Under the pieces are notes generated by a model that did no database searches, was not told the DNA's origin, and saw only the letters and a list, made by a program, of their open reading frames with translations. 64,000 nucleotides of DNA, taken from Bilabrum cf. latius. Its lineage: Eukaryota. Location of the stretch: positions 62,001 through 126,000 of the forward strand of contig OZ237746.1 in the NCBI GenBank assembly GCA_965178125.1, given 5' to 3'. The translations under genes and the position numbers were made by a program. Shown here piece by piece: positions 1-13,708 of this stretch (positions are counted from its first letter, which is position 1; each line of letters starts with the position of its first letter).

Positions 1-1510
1 CTTCCTCCTCCCCTGGCAGCCCCGTCCCCGCTAGCACTGCAGGCGCGAACTTGTCCCAGCCCCATGCGTGATACTTTGCCAGGTGTCGGATAGACCCGTC
101 CGTGCTGCAGGGGGCGTCCACCAGCACGCGGTCGTACTTCCCTTGGTGACACGACGAGGTGCATGCTGGCTCTACCGATGGGTGAGCCTGGGGGTGGGAG
201 GGCACCATGGCAGGGGCAGGGGCAGGGACAGGGACAGGGACAGGGGCAGGGGCAGGGGCAGGGGCAGATGATGAAATACTACGCCCCTGAGGCGCCGTGG
301 CGATCCCGAATGGCTCAGGTTGGCCGGCAGATGGCTTGCTAGACGAGTGCGGGTGCTCCGTGGCTGTCGATCCTCCCCCGGCATGGTTGCGTGCCAGCCC
401 CAGCCCCGCCTCCATGGCCCACGCGGGCTCCTGCAGCCAGGCCACAGGCACTCTGCCGCCCTTCTCCAGCGCACCCGGCCGCCGCCGGATCGCGGCCAGT
501 CGACTGCTGTCCATCGCGACTCTCGTGTGACGAGTGCCATCCACCGGAGGGGGTCTCTACTTGCCCTTTTCCTTCTTCTGTTTCTTTGACTCGCCAGCAT
601 GCTGCGCACCCCTGCCCCCAGCGCCCTACCCGGTTCCTCCGGATCCAACTCCGGCTCTGCTGCCGCGCGATGCTCCAGCCTCAATTCTGGCCGCAGCCCT
701 GGATCTCTTACCCCCAAGACGAGAATCTCTCCCCGATTCAGCCTTCATGCCTTCGTGCCCCTCCTCGTGCCCCTCCTCCTTCTCCTTCTCCTCGCGCCCG
801 TCTGGCCCCGCCCAGCGCGGATCCTCGTCAAAGAACCGCCCGTCTGCTTCCACTAGGCGCACTCTCCAGTGGCCTCGCGCAATTCCAGGCCCCGCGAGCC
901 CCGCTCGCCGAGCCAGCCCAGCCGCAATCTGCAGCCGATGCGCGCGGACGTCCACGCCAGTGAGCGAGCCGTGCCGACACATCAGGTCGCCAAGCAGAGC
1001 AAGTTTGCTGCCAGGGGCGCAGCAAAGGTCCAGCACGGAAGGGCCTCGTTCCATGTCCAGAGCTGCATCCGGCTCCCCCACTCCCAGCGCCAGGGCTGCT
1101 AAAATTGAGGATGCGTCGATGCCGTGAAGAGCGCCTGCAGCATACAAAGGAGACCGCTGCAGAGCAACGTCTCCAGGCAGTTGAAACACCCAATTTGCCC
1201 ATGCAACACTACTGGCTAACTGTGCTCCTGCAGTTTCCGGGCCATTCGAGCCCTCCGATGATGTGGACGGCAGCGAAGCACCAATAGAAGCAGGTGGTAG
1301 GGGGCCAATATCACCTGGCGCAGCTGAGTTGGGATGGAACGGACTCAGGCGAGAGTACCGAGCCAGCTCATTCGGTGGGATTTCGTAAATTTTTGTATTC
1401 ACGCCTTCCCGTCTTGCCCAGCTCAGGAACTCCGCCGGTAGGTGGTCACGCACTGCACCTCCACCACTGGTGTGCAGCTTTGATATACCGAATTTAAACG
1501 AATCAGACAT
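1..1510 (-). CDS. NOL1/NOP2/Sun (NSUN/RsmB-like) RNA m5C methyltransferase, 3' end runs out of the window
   Basis: SAM-binding motif VLDLCCAPGSKL. The same frame, read through TAG at 626-628 and 557-559, reaches KYDRVLVDAPCSTDGSIRHLAKY (motif IV) near 140-70. ATG at 1510. Confidence 0.85.
209..267. repeat. (GGGGCA/GGGACA)n hexamer microsatellite inside the methyltransferase CDS
   Basis: About 10 tandem hexamers are directly visible. They encode an Ala/Val-Pro run on the minus strand. Confidence 0.9.
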
Positions 1511-1680
1511 CAAACATCAATGGTTGAACTTCTTCATATCGGCACAGGTCGGCGCTGTGCTAAATCCGATGCCAGTAGGAAAGCCGGAAGCACCCTCATC
1601 ATCATGATCGTCGCTGGCGGTGCCAGAGTGCGCGAGGCAAAATGTAATTATAGGCATGAGCATGATACATGGCAGTAGTT

Positions 1681-4600
1681 TCAACTCTACTCAGCCACCC
1701 CCCTCCTGGACGCATTCGGTGACTTCTTTCTGCCGCTTGGCCTGGCCACCCCACTGGCAGTCCTGTCTCCTCGGGACCCACTGGCAGTACCTCTAGCAGA
1801 TGAGTGCGAGCTGCTCCGTTCCCTTCCAGCCACGCCGCCCTTCCGCTCCTTCTCTTCCAGCTGCATGGCCTCATTCCGCAGCCGCTGCACCCTTACCGCC
1901 ATGCCCTCCTCCCTGGATCCAGCAGGCCGCATCCTCCTCGCCCTCGCCGCCCGGCCGGCCCGACCGGAGGGGGGCCTTACCTGGCTCTTCGAGTCTGCGC
2001 CTCTCCGCAGGTCTTGCGCTGCGCCCGGCTTCAGCACGCCACCAAGCTCGCCTCCTTGCTCATTCTGCGCCGCTCGCAGCCATGGATTGCTGGACACTGT
2101 CCCCAGGGATGAGTCATCGCGCCCGGGGGTCACCATGCTGAGCCAGGAGCGGTCGGACCCGGTCGAGTAGTACTACTGGGCGGCTGTAGCTCCGGCGCTC
2201 GTCGCAGAACCGCCACTCCCAACCGCAGTAGCACCTCGCAACCCCGCGCTCGACGTTTGACCCCAGCTACTACCACTCCCGTCCCGTCCCCGTCTCCTGC
2301 CATGTTCCCTGCTGCCACCTCGCGAATTTCGGCCCGTCCTGCCGCTGCCGGTCTCAGCCCTCCGGTACAGAACGAACGTAGAGAACACAACCACGGCCAC
2401 TGCCCCAGCCGCCATGAGAACAACGGCAACTGTAGACATGCCCGATCTTTCGTTTCCACCGCCATTGCCCCCAACCCCCGGTGGCGCCAGACCGACCAGG
2501 GAGCGGTCGGCATTCAGAGCTGTTGCATCCGCGGACCATGCCCCCTCCTCCACGGTAGGGCCCAGCAAGTCATGGCCCGAGGCTGCGTCGCTCATGGTCC
2601 CCGATGCGAGAAGCTCCAGCACAGCCAAGTACATCTCTACACCATCGATGGATCGATTCACGGCCACCATCAGGTCGATACCAACCCTCGCTCCTTGCGG
2701 GGGCTCCATCTCTGCCACCACGGTCAAGTACACGGCCCTGCTCGCGTTCACGCCCATGAGCTCCATGGCCAGGTCAGCCAGCGCCACCGCCTCCGTGCAC
2801 CCGAACCTGGTCGTGTTAACCGATGCCAGGTCCAGCCGGAGGTTGACGGCTAGCGGTGGATCTTGTCCAGATGTATCCAAGTCACGGTGGCGATCGCACA
2901 GACGCGCTCTGTCCCGGTCGAGGGGGTTCGGGAGCAGCTGGTTGGGCTGGAGCACGATGGGAGATGCTGGGGGCTGCGAGGGTGAGGACAGGAAAGAGAG
3001 ATGGAGGCATAGACGAGTGCATGCAGACCAATCGCCGCTAGCAAATTGCGAATCGGAGAGGCGAGAAGCGCGAAAACCACGCTCCAGACAGCGCCAGGGT
3101 GCTACATCCAAGATCCGGATTGAACTGTCTCACCGTGGTTGGCATAGGACTTGGAGGCGCCATCGGTGACCGACTCGGCGACGGGATGGTAATGCTGGAA
3201 ACAGTCGCACTGGACATGGCTGTCGCACTGTAAGCCGGAGTTGACGAAGGCGTAGGGGTGGATGACACTGGTCCTCTGCCGTAGCCCACAATGCCAGATG
3301 CATTCAGTCGTAGGATCCACACGGCCCCCCGACTCAGCTCACCATCGTTGTCATGTGGGGCACCGACAGCCAACTCCAGCAAGCCGTCTCCGTCCAGATC
3401 GCCGATTGCAGCCATGGATCCCCCGAACCCCCCTTCTCCAATTGGTAACCCCCCTGGAAAACTGTTCTCGCCCGATACGGTGGAGTAAGACTACACGGAC
3501 CCATCAGGGGAAAGGAACAGGAGCCACACTGTGGAGACCTGCACGCTGCTGGGTACACGCTCCTACAATTGGTAAGAAGATACGGCGATATCCACCGCAG
3601 AGTCTCCATTGAGGTCGCCCAGAGATGCAATCCCCTATCCAAAGAGTTGATGACTGGTCATGTCTCCAGCAAAACCGTTTAGCCCCGTCCGTATCGAGGC
3701 ATTCCGAAGCAGGGTCCCATTCGTTGACAGGAAAGCCAAGAACACACACCCAGCGCTTCCAGTACTCTCGCGTCGAGTCGCTTCTCCGACTGCAACGTCC
3801 ATCACCCCGTTGCCATCCAAATCACCGATTGCAGCCAGCTAGGCCCAGAATCCACCGCCACGCCAAAGAACCGACCTGCCCTCGCTCTGCAGCGCGGTGA
3901 TTGTACTTGCAGACCCATCGCGCCGAAGTCTCATGAGCCACACAGGGCCACCTTCTCCAAAGCCCACAGCGAGGTCCGGCAGCGCATCTCCATCAATGTC
4001 GCCCATGTTGGCGAGTGCGCTGCCCAGATGATTGTGATTCTACACTATGATCTACGGGCTGAACGTGCTGTTCGTGATCTGCGTGTGCGCCTTGACTGTG
4101 CCATTGCGACGCAAAAACAGAATCCACACAGAGCCCTGCTGCGGGTTGCCACCGTTGTACAGGTCTCCGGGCGCCCCCACGGCCAGGTCGGGCACACCAT
4201 CGTCGTCCAGGTCGCCAAGCGCAGCCATCGAGCTCCCTAAGAAACCGTTGTTCTATAGTTCACCCGTAAGGTCACCGTAAAGGCTGGATATCTCTTGATA
4301 CTATCTGACCGTGCCATTGGCGTGGAGGAACAAGATCCACACTGCCCCTTTGTGCCATCCACCCACGTCTCGATCGCTGGGCGCGCCCACTGCCAGGTCC
4401 TGCACTCCATCATCGTCCACATCACCGGGGCAAACCACTGCGGTTCCAAAGTTCTCTTGTCGCTTGACGTCACCTGTGAATTCACCGTACACGCCGGATA
4501 TCTTCTAGTAGCCAAGCGTGTGTAGGAACCCTCTCAGGGGGCGGGTGGAAGGAGTGATGCTCGGCGTTGGAGTCGGAGTCACCGGTGAGGGCGTGGCTGT

Positions 4601-7564
4601 CAGAGTCGGGGCTGCGGTCGGAGACACCGACAGGAGGGCTGTCGCATTGATCTTGAGGATCCACACCGCTCCCTGACTCAAGTCCCTGTCATCATTCCCG
4701 GGCGATCCGACAGCTAGCTCAGGCAATCCGTCACGGTCCAGGTCGTGCAGCAAAGTTAAAGCCGCTCCGAATGAGTCAAATGGCTCAAGCACACCGGAGA
4801 AGCCGCCCTCAGTGGCGGATATTTTCCTGTGATCCTTCACCTTGCCATCCGTGCGCATGAACAGGATCCACACCGCGCCTCGAGAGAACTGGCCCCCGTC
4901 TCGGTCCCTCATAGCTCCCACAGCAATGTCATGCGCACTATCATCGTCGATGTCGCCTAGTGGTGCCACTGAGGACCCGAAGTAGTCAGGATAAATCAAA
5001 GACCCCTTGAACTCTCCCTCATACCTGGATATCTTCTGCCGGCGCAGCAGAGTCCCATTGGCAGCCAAGAAGTGGATCCACACCGCTCCAAAGTTGAGGC
5101 CGCCGTCGCGATCCGTAGGGTCACCCAACGCTAAGTCGCCCATACCATCCTGGTTCAGATCTCCAATGGATGCCATGGACCTCCCGAATGCGTCAGACAG
5201 GGCCGTCACTCCCTTGATCGACCCGTCAGGACGCAGCCGCATGATCCACACTGCTCCCTCCGAGTCCAGCGACTTGTAGTCGTTCAACCCCACGGCCAGC
5301 TCAGGAAGCTCGTCACCATCGATATCATCTACCACCGCAAGGGACGCACCCAAGTGAAGGGATTCCTTCCAGGCGTCTATCATCCCGATGGTGTGATTCG
5401 TGTGCCGCACGTGCTCGCGGACTGTCCCATCATCGTTGAGAAAGAGGATCCAAATAGAACCAAGCCGCTATCCATTTGAACTTGATCTCGTGTCCCCTAC
5501 GGACCCGACCGCCAAGTCAGGCGTGCCATCTCCATCCAAGTCCCCGAGACCAGCAAGTCCGACGCCGAACAGCTCAAAGGTTAGAAGCTCGCCGGTGAAT
5601 CCACCCTCCGTGCCGGAGATCTTCTGGTGCGACTTGACCGTTCCATTCGTGTAGAGAAACAAAATCCACACGGATCCAGCGGTGCTGTAAGGCCCGTTAC
5701 GGTCCCCTGGCGCAGCAACGGCCAGGTCACTTACGCCATCCCCGTCCACATCACCCACGTTCGCGACCTGTCCCCCGAAATCCACCTGCCTTGCCAAGAC
5801 TCCGGTGAAGCCACCAGATACCTCCGAAATCTTCGTCCAGGGGCTGCGCGGGACAAACGTGGGAGTGACGCTCGGTGTGGGGCTGGGCGAGGCCGAGGGC
5901 GTGCTGGATGGAAGCGGCGTGGTTGCCACACCGCCTCTATCGATTCGCAAGATCCACACCGCCCCCTCGTCCTAGGACTCGTCCCCGTCGCGACGCTTCG
6001 CACCGATCGCTATTTCCGGTGCACCGTCTCGATCTAAATCCCCAAGAGAAGACAAGGAACAGCCGAACAGGTCACCGTCTGATATCCCGCCGGTGAAGCC
6101 ACCCTCTGTGCCGGAGATCTTCTGGTGCGAGTTGACCGTTCCATTCGTGTAGAGAAACAAAATCCACACCGCCCCTCGACCCGAACCCCCCTATCCATCT
6201 GCAGGGGCCCCCACCGCCACATCCACTGTGCCGTCCCCATCCAAGTCACCGATCCCAGCCACCGCAGCCCCAAATCGATCCCCGTCCTGCAGCGCGCCAC
6301 CGAAGCTGCCGCCCGCGCTCGAAATCCCCTGCCGGCGCGCCGCCACTCCGTTGGCCCCAAGGAAGTACACCCACACAGCTCCCCTGTCAGTGCCGCCCAC
6401 ATCACTCCCTGGATCCCCTGCCGCCACCTCGAGAGGCCCTGTCCCGTCCAGCTGCCCCACCACCGCCAGCGAGTCCCCAAGTCCGTCTATGCTCTCGGAC
6501 ACGCCCTTGACCGTGCCGTTCGAGCGGAGAAAGATCGCCCACACGGCTCCGGTAGGGCTCGAGCCCGGCAGGCCCACGAGCAGGTCGGTCGCCCCGTCTC
6601 CGTCCAGGTCGCCTGGGGCAGTCAGGGATGCACCCATTCGATTCAAGTCACTCAGCACAGCCAGCCCGCCGAGGGTGGACCGGGACAGCTTTGAGTGAGA
6701 CTTGACCGTGCCGTTCGCTTGCAGGAACAGCACCCACACCGCCCCTTCTTCTGTACCTTCCTGCCTGTCCGCGTTGCCTGGCGCTCCCACGGCCAGGTCT
6801 GGCACACCATCTTCGTCCAGGTCCCCCAGCGCGGCAAGGGAGCTGCCGAACTGGTCCTGCGGGCTCAGGTCGCCAGCGAAGCCCCCGGCCGTGGCTGAGA
6901 TCTTCTGATGCATCCGTACTGTGCCATTCCCGTGCAAGAAGAGCACCCACACGGATCCCTACGAATTACCTCCGGCATCATCAAATGGTGCGCCGACCGC
7001 AATATCTCCTACCCCGTCTGAATCAATGTCTCCCACCGATACGATCGCGCTTCCGAACTCGTCAAATGCGTCTACGGACCCTGAAAACCCACCCTGTGAT
7101 CTGGACACTCTCTAATGCCCAAACGTGCGAAGGGGGGCAAGCCTGCGTGCTGCATGCCACCACATCCCGGAGTTACCGCTGTCAGCAGCCATGGCGATGT
7201 CTGCATGCTACCCGGGGGGACCAGGGGTGTGGATGTTTGTATGAACTGCAAAGGGCAGTTTCCAGCCGTCGCTTAATCGAGGAGAAGCTTGCGCTGCTTG
7301 TCGGAAAGTTGAGTGTGCTAGTGCAGGCGGAAGCATCACAGCAAGAAGCCACACACTGCGAGTGGGCAAGAAAAAACAGACTGAGAGGAACTAATTTAGA
7401 GTCTCTGACGTTGCATTTCGAATGAAAATTGCCACAAACATGATATCATTCAATGGAGAGCTGTTGCGGAATCTCGCGGGTTGAAGCCATTCCGGCCAGA
7501 CCAGCATTACTTGGCCTAAAAAACACCGCACCACAATCCATTTAAATAAGGTGAGATGATACAT
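1681..7564 (-). CDS. Large type I membrane protein (~1900 aa) with 18 FG-GAP/integrin-alpha-like repeats
   Basis: 18 GDxDxDG...LAVGAP...GAVWIL repeats in three blocks of six, separated by Ser/Thr/Pro-rich linkers. TM segment (TVAVVLMAAGAVAVVVFSTFVLY) near 2430-2365. One frame once TAG=Gln, with a phase-0 GT-AG intron at 3133-2974 and TGA stop at 1681-1683. The start is uncertain; a signal-like VWLLAVMLPPALAHS lies near 7350. Confidence 0.85.
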
Positions 7565-8067
7565 ACGCGGTGATGAATTCACGGGGCCTGACCATATCGG
7601 CGTAGTGCTAGCGCGTGCGTCAGACCTTTGGAACGTGAGCAAGCTGGCCCGGCTCGATCTCACCAAGCTTTCAAAGACAGGTGGTATATCCGAAGATTCA
7701 TGCCAATAATTGAGCTAGCCTGTGACAATTGCGAGTGAAGGTCTACCCCGACTAGTGCTGTCGGCGCCAGCCAGACCTGTCACCTATGCGTGGCACCGGC
7801 GCAGTGTGACGAAGTGATGCAACGCATTTTGACGCAGGTGCAACGCACGCGCGTTGTCAGTGTAAGCCTACTTGTGCATACGTGTCGAAGCACTGCATGG
7901 TGTGATTTGCTACGTAGACGTGCAGCCTTAGTAGTATAGATCTACAGCTGCCGCGAGACTTTTTCGTCTCTCAACAGTCGCAACGTGTGGTCGCAACGTT
8001 AATTTACTGAGAACAAAGTAGTTGATGTTTTCTCGTCAGCTCAAATCGTATTCACCAATGAAGTGTC

Positions 8068-9828
8068 TCACATCACGCCGCCAGCGCCCCCTCCCGAGAT
8101 GCCCATCCCCATGCCACCGCCCATGCCCATGGCGCCAGGCCCAGTGCGGGCCATCACAACCACCATGCCATCGGGCATGCGAGCACCGGGCAGCTGCGCA
8201 ATCAGCTGCCCAGCCACATGAGGGGGCGCGAGCATGGCCTGCTGCTCCTGCGCCTGTGTCATGGGCATGAGCACCGGCACCAGCGCACTCACGGCCTCCA
8301 TGGGCACAGGGCGCCCGCCCCGCCCTCTCCTGCCTCCCTTCTTCCCTCGGCCCTTGCCCTTTCCCTTGCCCTTGCCCTTCCCATTCGCCTGCACCGCCAC
8401 ATCATCCACGGTCTTGCTGTCCCAGGCGTGCAGCGCCCTCCTCCACGCCCTCAGTCGCCCGTCCCAGCGCCGCTTGCTCACCAGAGCACCCCGCTCGGGG
8501 GTCACGGGGTGGTCCACCCGCCGGCGGTTGCGCGCCTCCAGGGGCACCGCCCCCCGGTAGTTCCGGTATTCCTGCGTCTTCTTGCCCTTCTCGATCTGGT
8601 AGTCCCTCGAGGCCAGTGCCTGGGCGGAGAGCTCCGAGCACAGCGGGGTCAGCGGGGAGCCCAACGGACTCAGGGGCTCCTCGGAGCTCTGGGACCCGGC
8701 GCACTCGTCATCCGCGTCGGGGGCCACCACCCTCATGGCCATGGTGGAGCCTGCCAGGGGGGCGGTCGCGCTCGCATGGCCCGCCCCCTGCTCCTCCTGT
8801 TCCTCAGAGGCAGCCTGGGAAAAGGCGTGCAGCAGCGACCGGCGGGGCGTGGGTGTGGTGCACCTGGAGGCGCCCTCCACCTCCACCACCTCCTCGGTGT
8901 CTCCCGCGACATCCCCCGCGCGCACAGTCTCCGTCACCAGGTCGTGGCTGGCGGGCGTCAGCACCCTCCGCTTGGTAGCCCAGGCAGGGGTGCGCGGCCC
9001 CTCTGCGGTCGCGGAACCGGACTGCACCTACCTGTCTGCGCGGCGCCGGAACACCCGCTTGGTCGGTTTGCCGCTACCGCTGCTTCCAGTGGCAGGGGCA
9101 GAGAGGCCGGCTGCAGCCTACTCCTTGGGCTCCTCCTTGGGCTGCTCCTTGGGCTGCTCGACGCCCGCAAGGTCCACAGCAGCAGCGTCACTCGTCACAC
9201 ACCCCCGGTGCCTCCTGGCGGCCTCGGCAAAAGACCTGGCGGGGGCTACGTCCCGCTTGGGGGCCATGGCCTCGATCCCTCTCTTGCTCCTGCTCTCGCC
9301 CGCTCTCTTGCTCTTGCCCGCTAGTGCCGGCTGGGCCTCGGGGCGGCTGGCCTTGGCCCTGGATTTGGCCTTGGATTTGGCCTTGGACTGCTTGCCCTTG
9401 TCGCCCACCGATAGGGTCCGTGTCAGAGCGCCCTCGGCCTTGGTGGATGCATGCGGCGGCGTGCTCGTCACAGTACCAGCCGGAGATGCAGCCGGGGCGG
9501 CGCTGCTCCCCGTCGACGGGCTTGCGTGGCGGATGCACGCGGCACGGAATCCGCCCCATGCAGGCTTGGCCGCTGTCACTTGCGCCGAACTACTTTTAGA
9601 TTTAGATACTGAGGTCTTGTTGCTTGCAGGAACTCCCTTCTTGGCAGGTTTCTGATCGGACTGCGAAGCGGTTTGCAAGTCAGTTGTGTATCGGACAAGT
9701 GGTGGCAAAGCTTTGGTATCCATCGTTTTCATTGCCGCAGGGTGATTATGATAACACATAGAAACGGCAGCGGGCACGACTACCATAGCAGCTGCCAGCT
9801 GGGGAGCAATCCATAGCATCAAGATCAT
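8068..9828 (-). CDS. SLBP: Histone mRNA stem-loop binding protein (SLBP) domain protein with long low-complexity flanks
   Basis: QIEKGKKTQEYRNY...HPVTP...SKRRWDGRLRAWRRALHAWD resembles the SLBP RNA-binding domain. ORFs 9118-9828 and 8068-9027 join through two in-frame TAGs and stop at TGA. Start codon uncertain. Confidence 0.75.
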
Positions 9829-10271
9829 GATCGTCGGCGTTCAAAAAAATCCAAGGCAATGGCGGTGCATTTACAGTCACGGATCGGCCCATTGACGCGC
9901 CATGAAGCATTATTACTGTCTTACATATCCATCGATTCCCTCGGCCCCCAATCCAACATCTGCGTCGTTGCTCCAGTCGTACTCTTCCATGTGCAACCAA
10001 ATTTCAAACGATCAATTAAGAATCGAGGCACTCTTGTACCGATGTGTGAGTCCTAAGGCTAAGTCTCCGATACTTTATCAGATTAATGATACACACAGGC
10101 TGCTCTATATTAATTGAGACCCTCGAACGCGAACGGCTTGGATGGATTGCGGACAGGCCAAAAACGGCGTCGAATATCTACACGCAACTGATACACTCGT
10201 CACGCCGAGCAAGAAAAAATATACCAGATCCAGTGCCAGAACTTGTACATTGCATTCATCGTCAAGCCAAA

Positions 10272-11779
10272 ATGCACCGCTCTCTGCGTTATGGCGTTGC
10301 GCGTAGCCTTACACGATAGGTTTCTCGAGCGGTGAGATTGGATATTCATTGTCGTGCGCCTATGGGCGGCGGCAAAGACAACTCATCGGGTTGCCACGTC
10401 TTTCGTCTGCTGAGAATGATCGCCTATTATCACTAGCTTGTTGCTAAACCGCAGTTTTCCTCGGGAGCTTTGCAACCCAACGTAAGATTTCGCACAGCTC
10501 GGCATCGCATGCGGTTTTTTATCCTGCTGCGTAACATAGCTTGGCATCGCATCAACTGCAACTCATTCCGCTCATGTCGCAGGATGCCGTGATTGTGTCT
10601 GGAGCTCGCACTCCAATCGCTAGCATTTAGGGAGCACTGGCTGGGGTCAAGGCACCAAAGCTTGGTTCCACTGCGATCGAGGGTGCACTGAAGCGCGCCG
10701 CTGGCGGAGACGCCGACAAGCAGGCTGCCCTGGCGCAGGCCGTGGACGAGGTATTCATGGGCAACGTGATCTCCGCGGGGCTGGGGCAGGCACCTGCCAA
10801 GCAGGCAGCCCTGGGTGCCGGCCTGGGGACGAACGTTCCTTGCACGACCGTGAACAAGGTGTGCGCCAGCGGGCTGAAGGCCGCCATGTTCGCCGCTCAG
10901 CAGGCGGCCCTTGGCCACGGGGAGGTCTTCGTGGCGGGGGGCATGGAGTCCATGACCAACGCGCCGTACCTGCTGCCTGGCGCGCGGGCCGGCATGCGGT
11001 TCGGTCACGGCGTGGTGGAAGACGGGCTGCAGAAGGACGGGCTGTGGTGCGTGTACAACGACAAGGCCATGGGCTCCTTCGGCGACAAGTGCGCCACTGA
11101 GCACGGCTTCAGCAGGGAGGACCAGGATGCGTTCGCTCTGCGGTCGTACAACCTCTCCCAGGCTTCGGTGGAGGAGGGAAGGTTCGCCGACGAGATCGAG
11201 CCCGTGATGGTGCCCCAGCGGCGGGGTGACCCCCAGGCGGTGGACAGGGACGAGGAGATGTTCAGGGTGAAGAAAGACAAGATCCCCGCCCTGAGACCGG
11301 CCTTCGAGAAGAACGGGACGGTCACCGCCGCAAACGCCTCCACGCTCAACGACGGAGCCGCTGCACTGATCATCACGTCAGCGGCCAAGGCCGAGGCACT
11401 CGGGCTCACCCCACTGGCCCGCATCAGGGGATACGCCGATGCTGCCCAGGCCCCCGCCGACTTCACCACGGCCCCCGCGCTGGCGGTGCCCATCGCCCTG
11501 CGGCGGGCCGGCTTGGAGGTGAGCGACGTGGACTACCACGAGATCAACGAGGCCTTCGCGGTTGTCCCCCTTGCCAACGCCAAGATCCTGGGGCTGGACC
11601 AGGACAGGATCAACGTGAACGGCGGGGCGGTGAGCATGGGGCACCCCATCGGCGCCTCGGGGGCCCGCATCCTGGTGACTCTCCTCTCCGTGCTGCAGCA
11701 GAGGGACGCGTCCATCGGGTGCGCTTCCATCTGCAACGGGGGCGGGGGCGCGGGTGCCATGGTCATCGAGCGGCTGTGA
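10272..11779 (+). CDS. ACAT1: Mitochondrial acetyl-CoA acetyltransferase (thiolase)
   Basis: Exons 10272-10331, 10455-10481 and 10583-11779. Arg/Ser-rich transit-like N-terminus. Motifs VCASGLKA, NEAF, GHPIGASG and CNGGGG. TAG at 10317 and 10628 (RTPIASI*GAL vs usual RTPIGSFQG). TGA stop. Confidence 0.95.
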
Positions 11780-12050
11780 GCGGCCGTTCGACGGTAGATC
11801 TACTGCACAGGATCTGAGATCGGATCGGATCAGACTGGAAAGGATTTCAATTGACTTGGGTGGACGCGAGCAGTGCATTGCAATGCACCGCATCGCGTGC
11901 GCTACCGAAAAAAAGGCACTACATGGATTCGCAAGCTCCGATGCATAGCACGGAAACAGGTACGGAATCCGGAATCGTGACACTTTAAATCTGTTCTGAA
12001 CACGCCAATCTCACAAAAAGTCCATCTGCATTGGCTTTCTCCCTCTACGC

Positions 12051-13071
12051 TCAGTCCGCCTCAGCGATGGCAGTCAGATGCCCCTCGATGGTCGCCTCGC
12101 TCAGCACCTCGGCCACCGCAGCGTGCAGAGTCGTGCCCCCGCTCGCACTGGCTGCACCGCCTGCCGCCGCGCCGCCCGCCCCGACCGCCGCGGAGCTGTC
12201 GCGCACGACCACTGCTTCCACCTCCGTGGGCTTGAAATCGGCGCCCAGGACCGTCTGCAGCGTGTCCAGCGCCAGCCTCACGGTGGCTTCCTCCGTGGTC
12301 GGGGGGGCGTCCCTCACCGCCTTCTCCAGGCGGTTCGTCGCTTCCTGCTCCTTGGGGCCGCTGGCGCACGCCTTGTATCCTAGGAAATATCCAGCGGGGT
12401 CGATCCGGAATAGCATGGGCCCCTTCTCGTCATCCACGCCCACGAGCGTCATGACGGTCGCCCGGATGCGGCGGCCGGCGTGCTGCGTGTACACCTAGGC
12501 CTTGTCCGCGATCTTCTTTGCCAAATAGTCCACTGGGATTTCGTACCCATTTTCATGCTTGAAATCTGCCGCAATCTTTCGAGCGTCCTACACCACCGCT
12601 CGGCTGTCCGCTTGGATCCCAGTCATAACAGCGTGAGTGCTCTTCGTGATTGCATACACATTGGTGACCGATGTGGGATCAATGAGCTTGTCCAATACTT
12701 TCTTCTGGGTAATGGCTACCACGCATCCGGCTTCCTTTGACTTCACAGCCACTGTTGTCAACGTGCTGGTCTTGTATCGCTTGAACGCGTACTCTGCGGT
12801 GCCCAGTTTCGTCGAGACAGGCACATATGACGGTGACATGGGGGCCAACACATATATGCACTCGCAGTTGAACGATTACGGTATCAGCAATATCAATGGC
12901 GCACGGAAGAAGGCTGGCGACAGGATTCCCAAGAATAGCGATACGGACGTGCACGAACTGGATTGGGCAAATCAGGCTGCACGCCGACTTGGTCGACTCA
13001 CCAAGCTGATAGAGCTTCCCTTCAGGCGAGAAAACACTCAAATAACGGTCATATCCGCTCTCCCTTGCCAT
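12051..13071 (-). CDS. PSMA6: 20S proteasome subunit alpha type-6 (alpha1)
   Basis: [28 protein letters not shown] with an intron at 13001-12794. Motifs GYEIPVDYLAKKIAD and DPAGYFLGYKA. Two TAGs (12588-12590, 12495-12497) fall at conserved Gln positions (V*DAR, A*VYTQ). TGA stop. Confidence 0.95.
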
Positions 13072-13708
13072 CGTTGACTTATTTTGATTAGTTTTGCTCA
13101 GCTTGGAACTCGGATTTTCTGGATATAACTACACGGTATAAATGCAATTTAGTGGCAAATTTTGGAGCAGGTGTACAGCTGTCATCAAGACTCAAAGACG
13201 ATTTGTGTTCAATAAGCCGGATACTTATAGACTTGTATGTACAAGGGCACACTCGATTATGCTGTGGATCAAGAGTTTAGCTCATGAATCGACGTTTTAC
13301 TTTCAACTGCAACTTCGCCTCAGAGGGCCCCGGATGCTTCAAACCACAGCGCGACTCAGGTCACCTCACTCCAGAAATTGGTAGAATTTACTCCCTCCAC
13401 GTCCCCGCTTGATGGAACGAGGGGCGTCATACGCACAGGCTACATGGTTGCGAGAAGAGGTAGCTTGGCGATGCACCCAGGGAGGGCAGTCCTTCACCGA
13501 GGCGATGTCAGCTGCCTCTGCAGAACTCAGCAAATGCATAGACCGGGGCGACGGATTGCCTCCTGCGAATAGCGACCGCTCAATCGCCACGCCCGCTTCA
13601 GTGTCATCAGAGTCGCGGTCCTGACCTGTGACGTGGCTGCCACCAGAGGGACCGAGATACTGCCCGTGCCCCTCCTGCCCTTCCTGCCCCTTCTGCCCCT
13701 GGCTGCCT

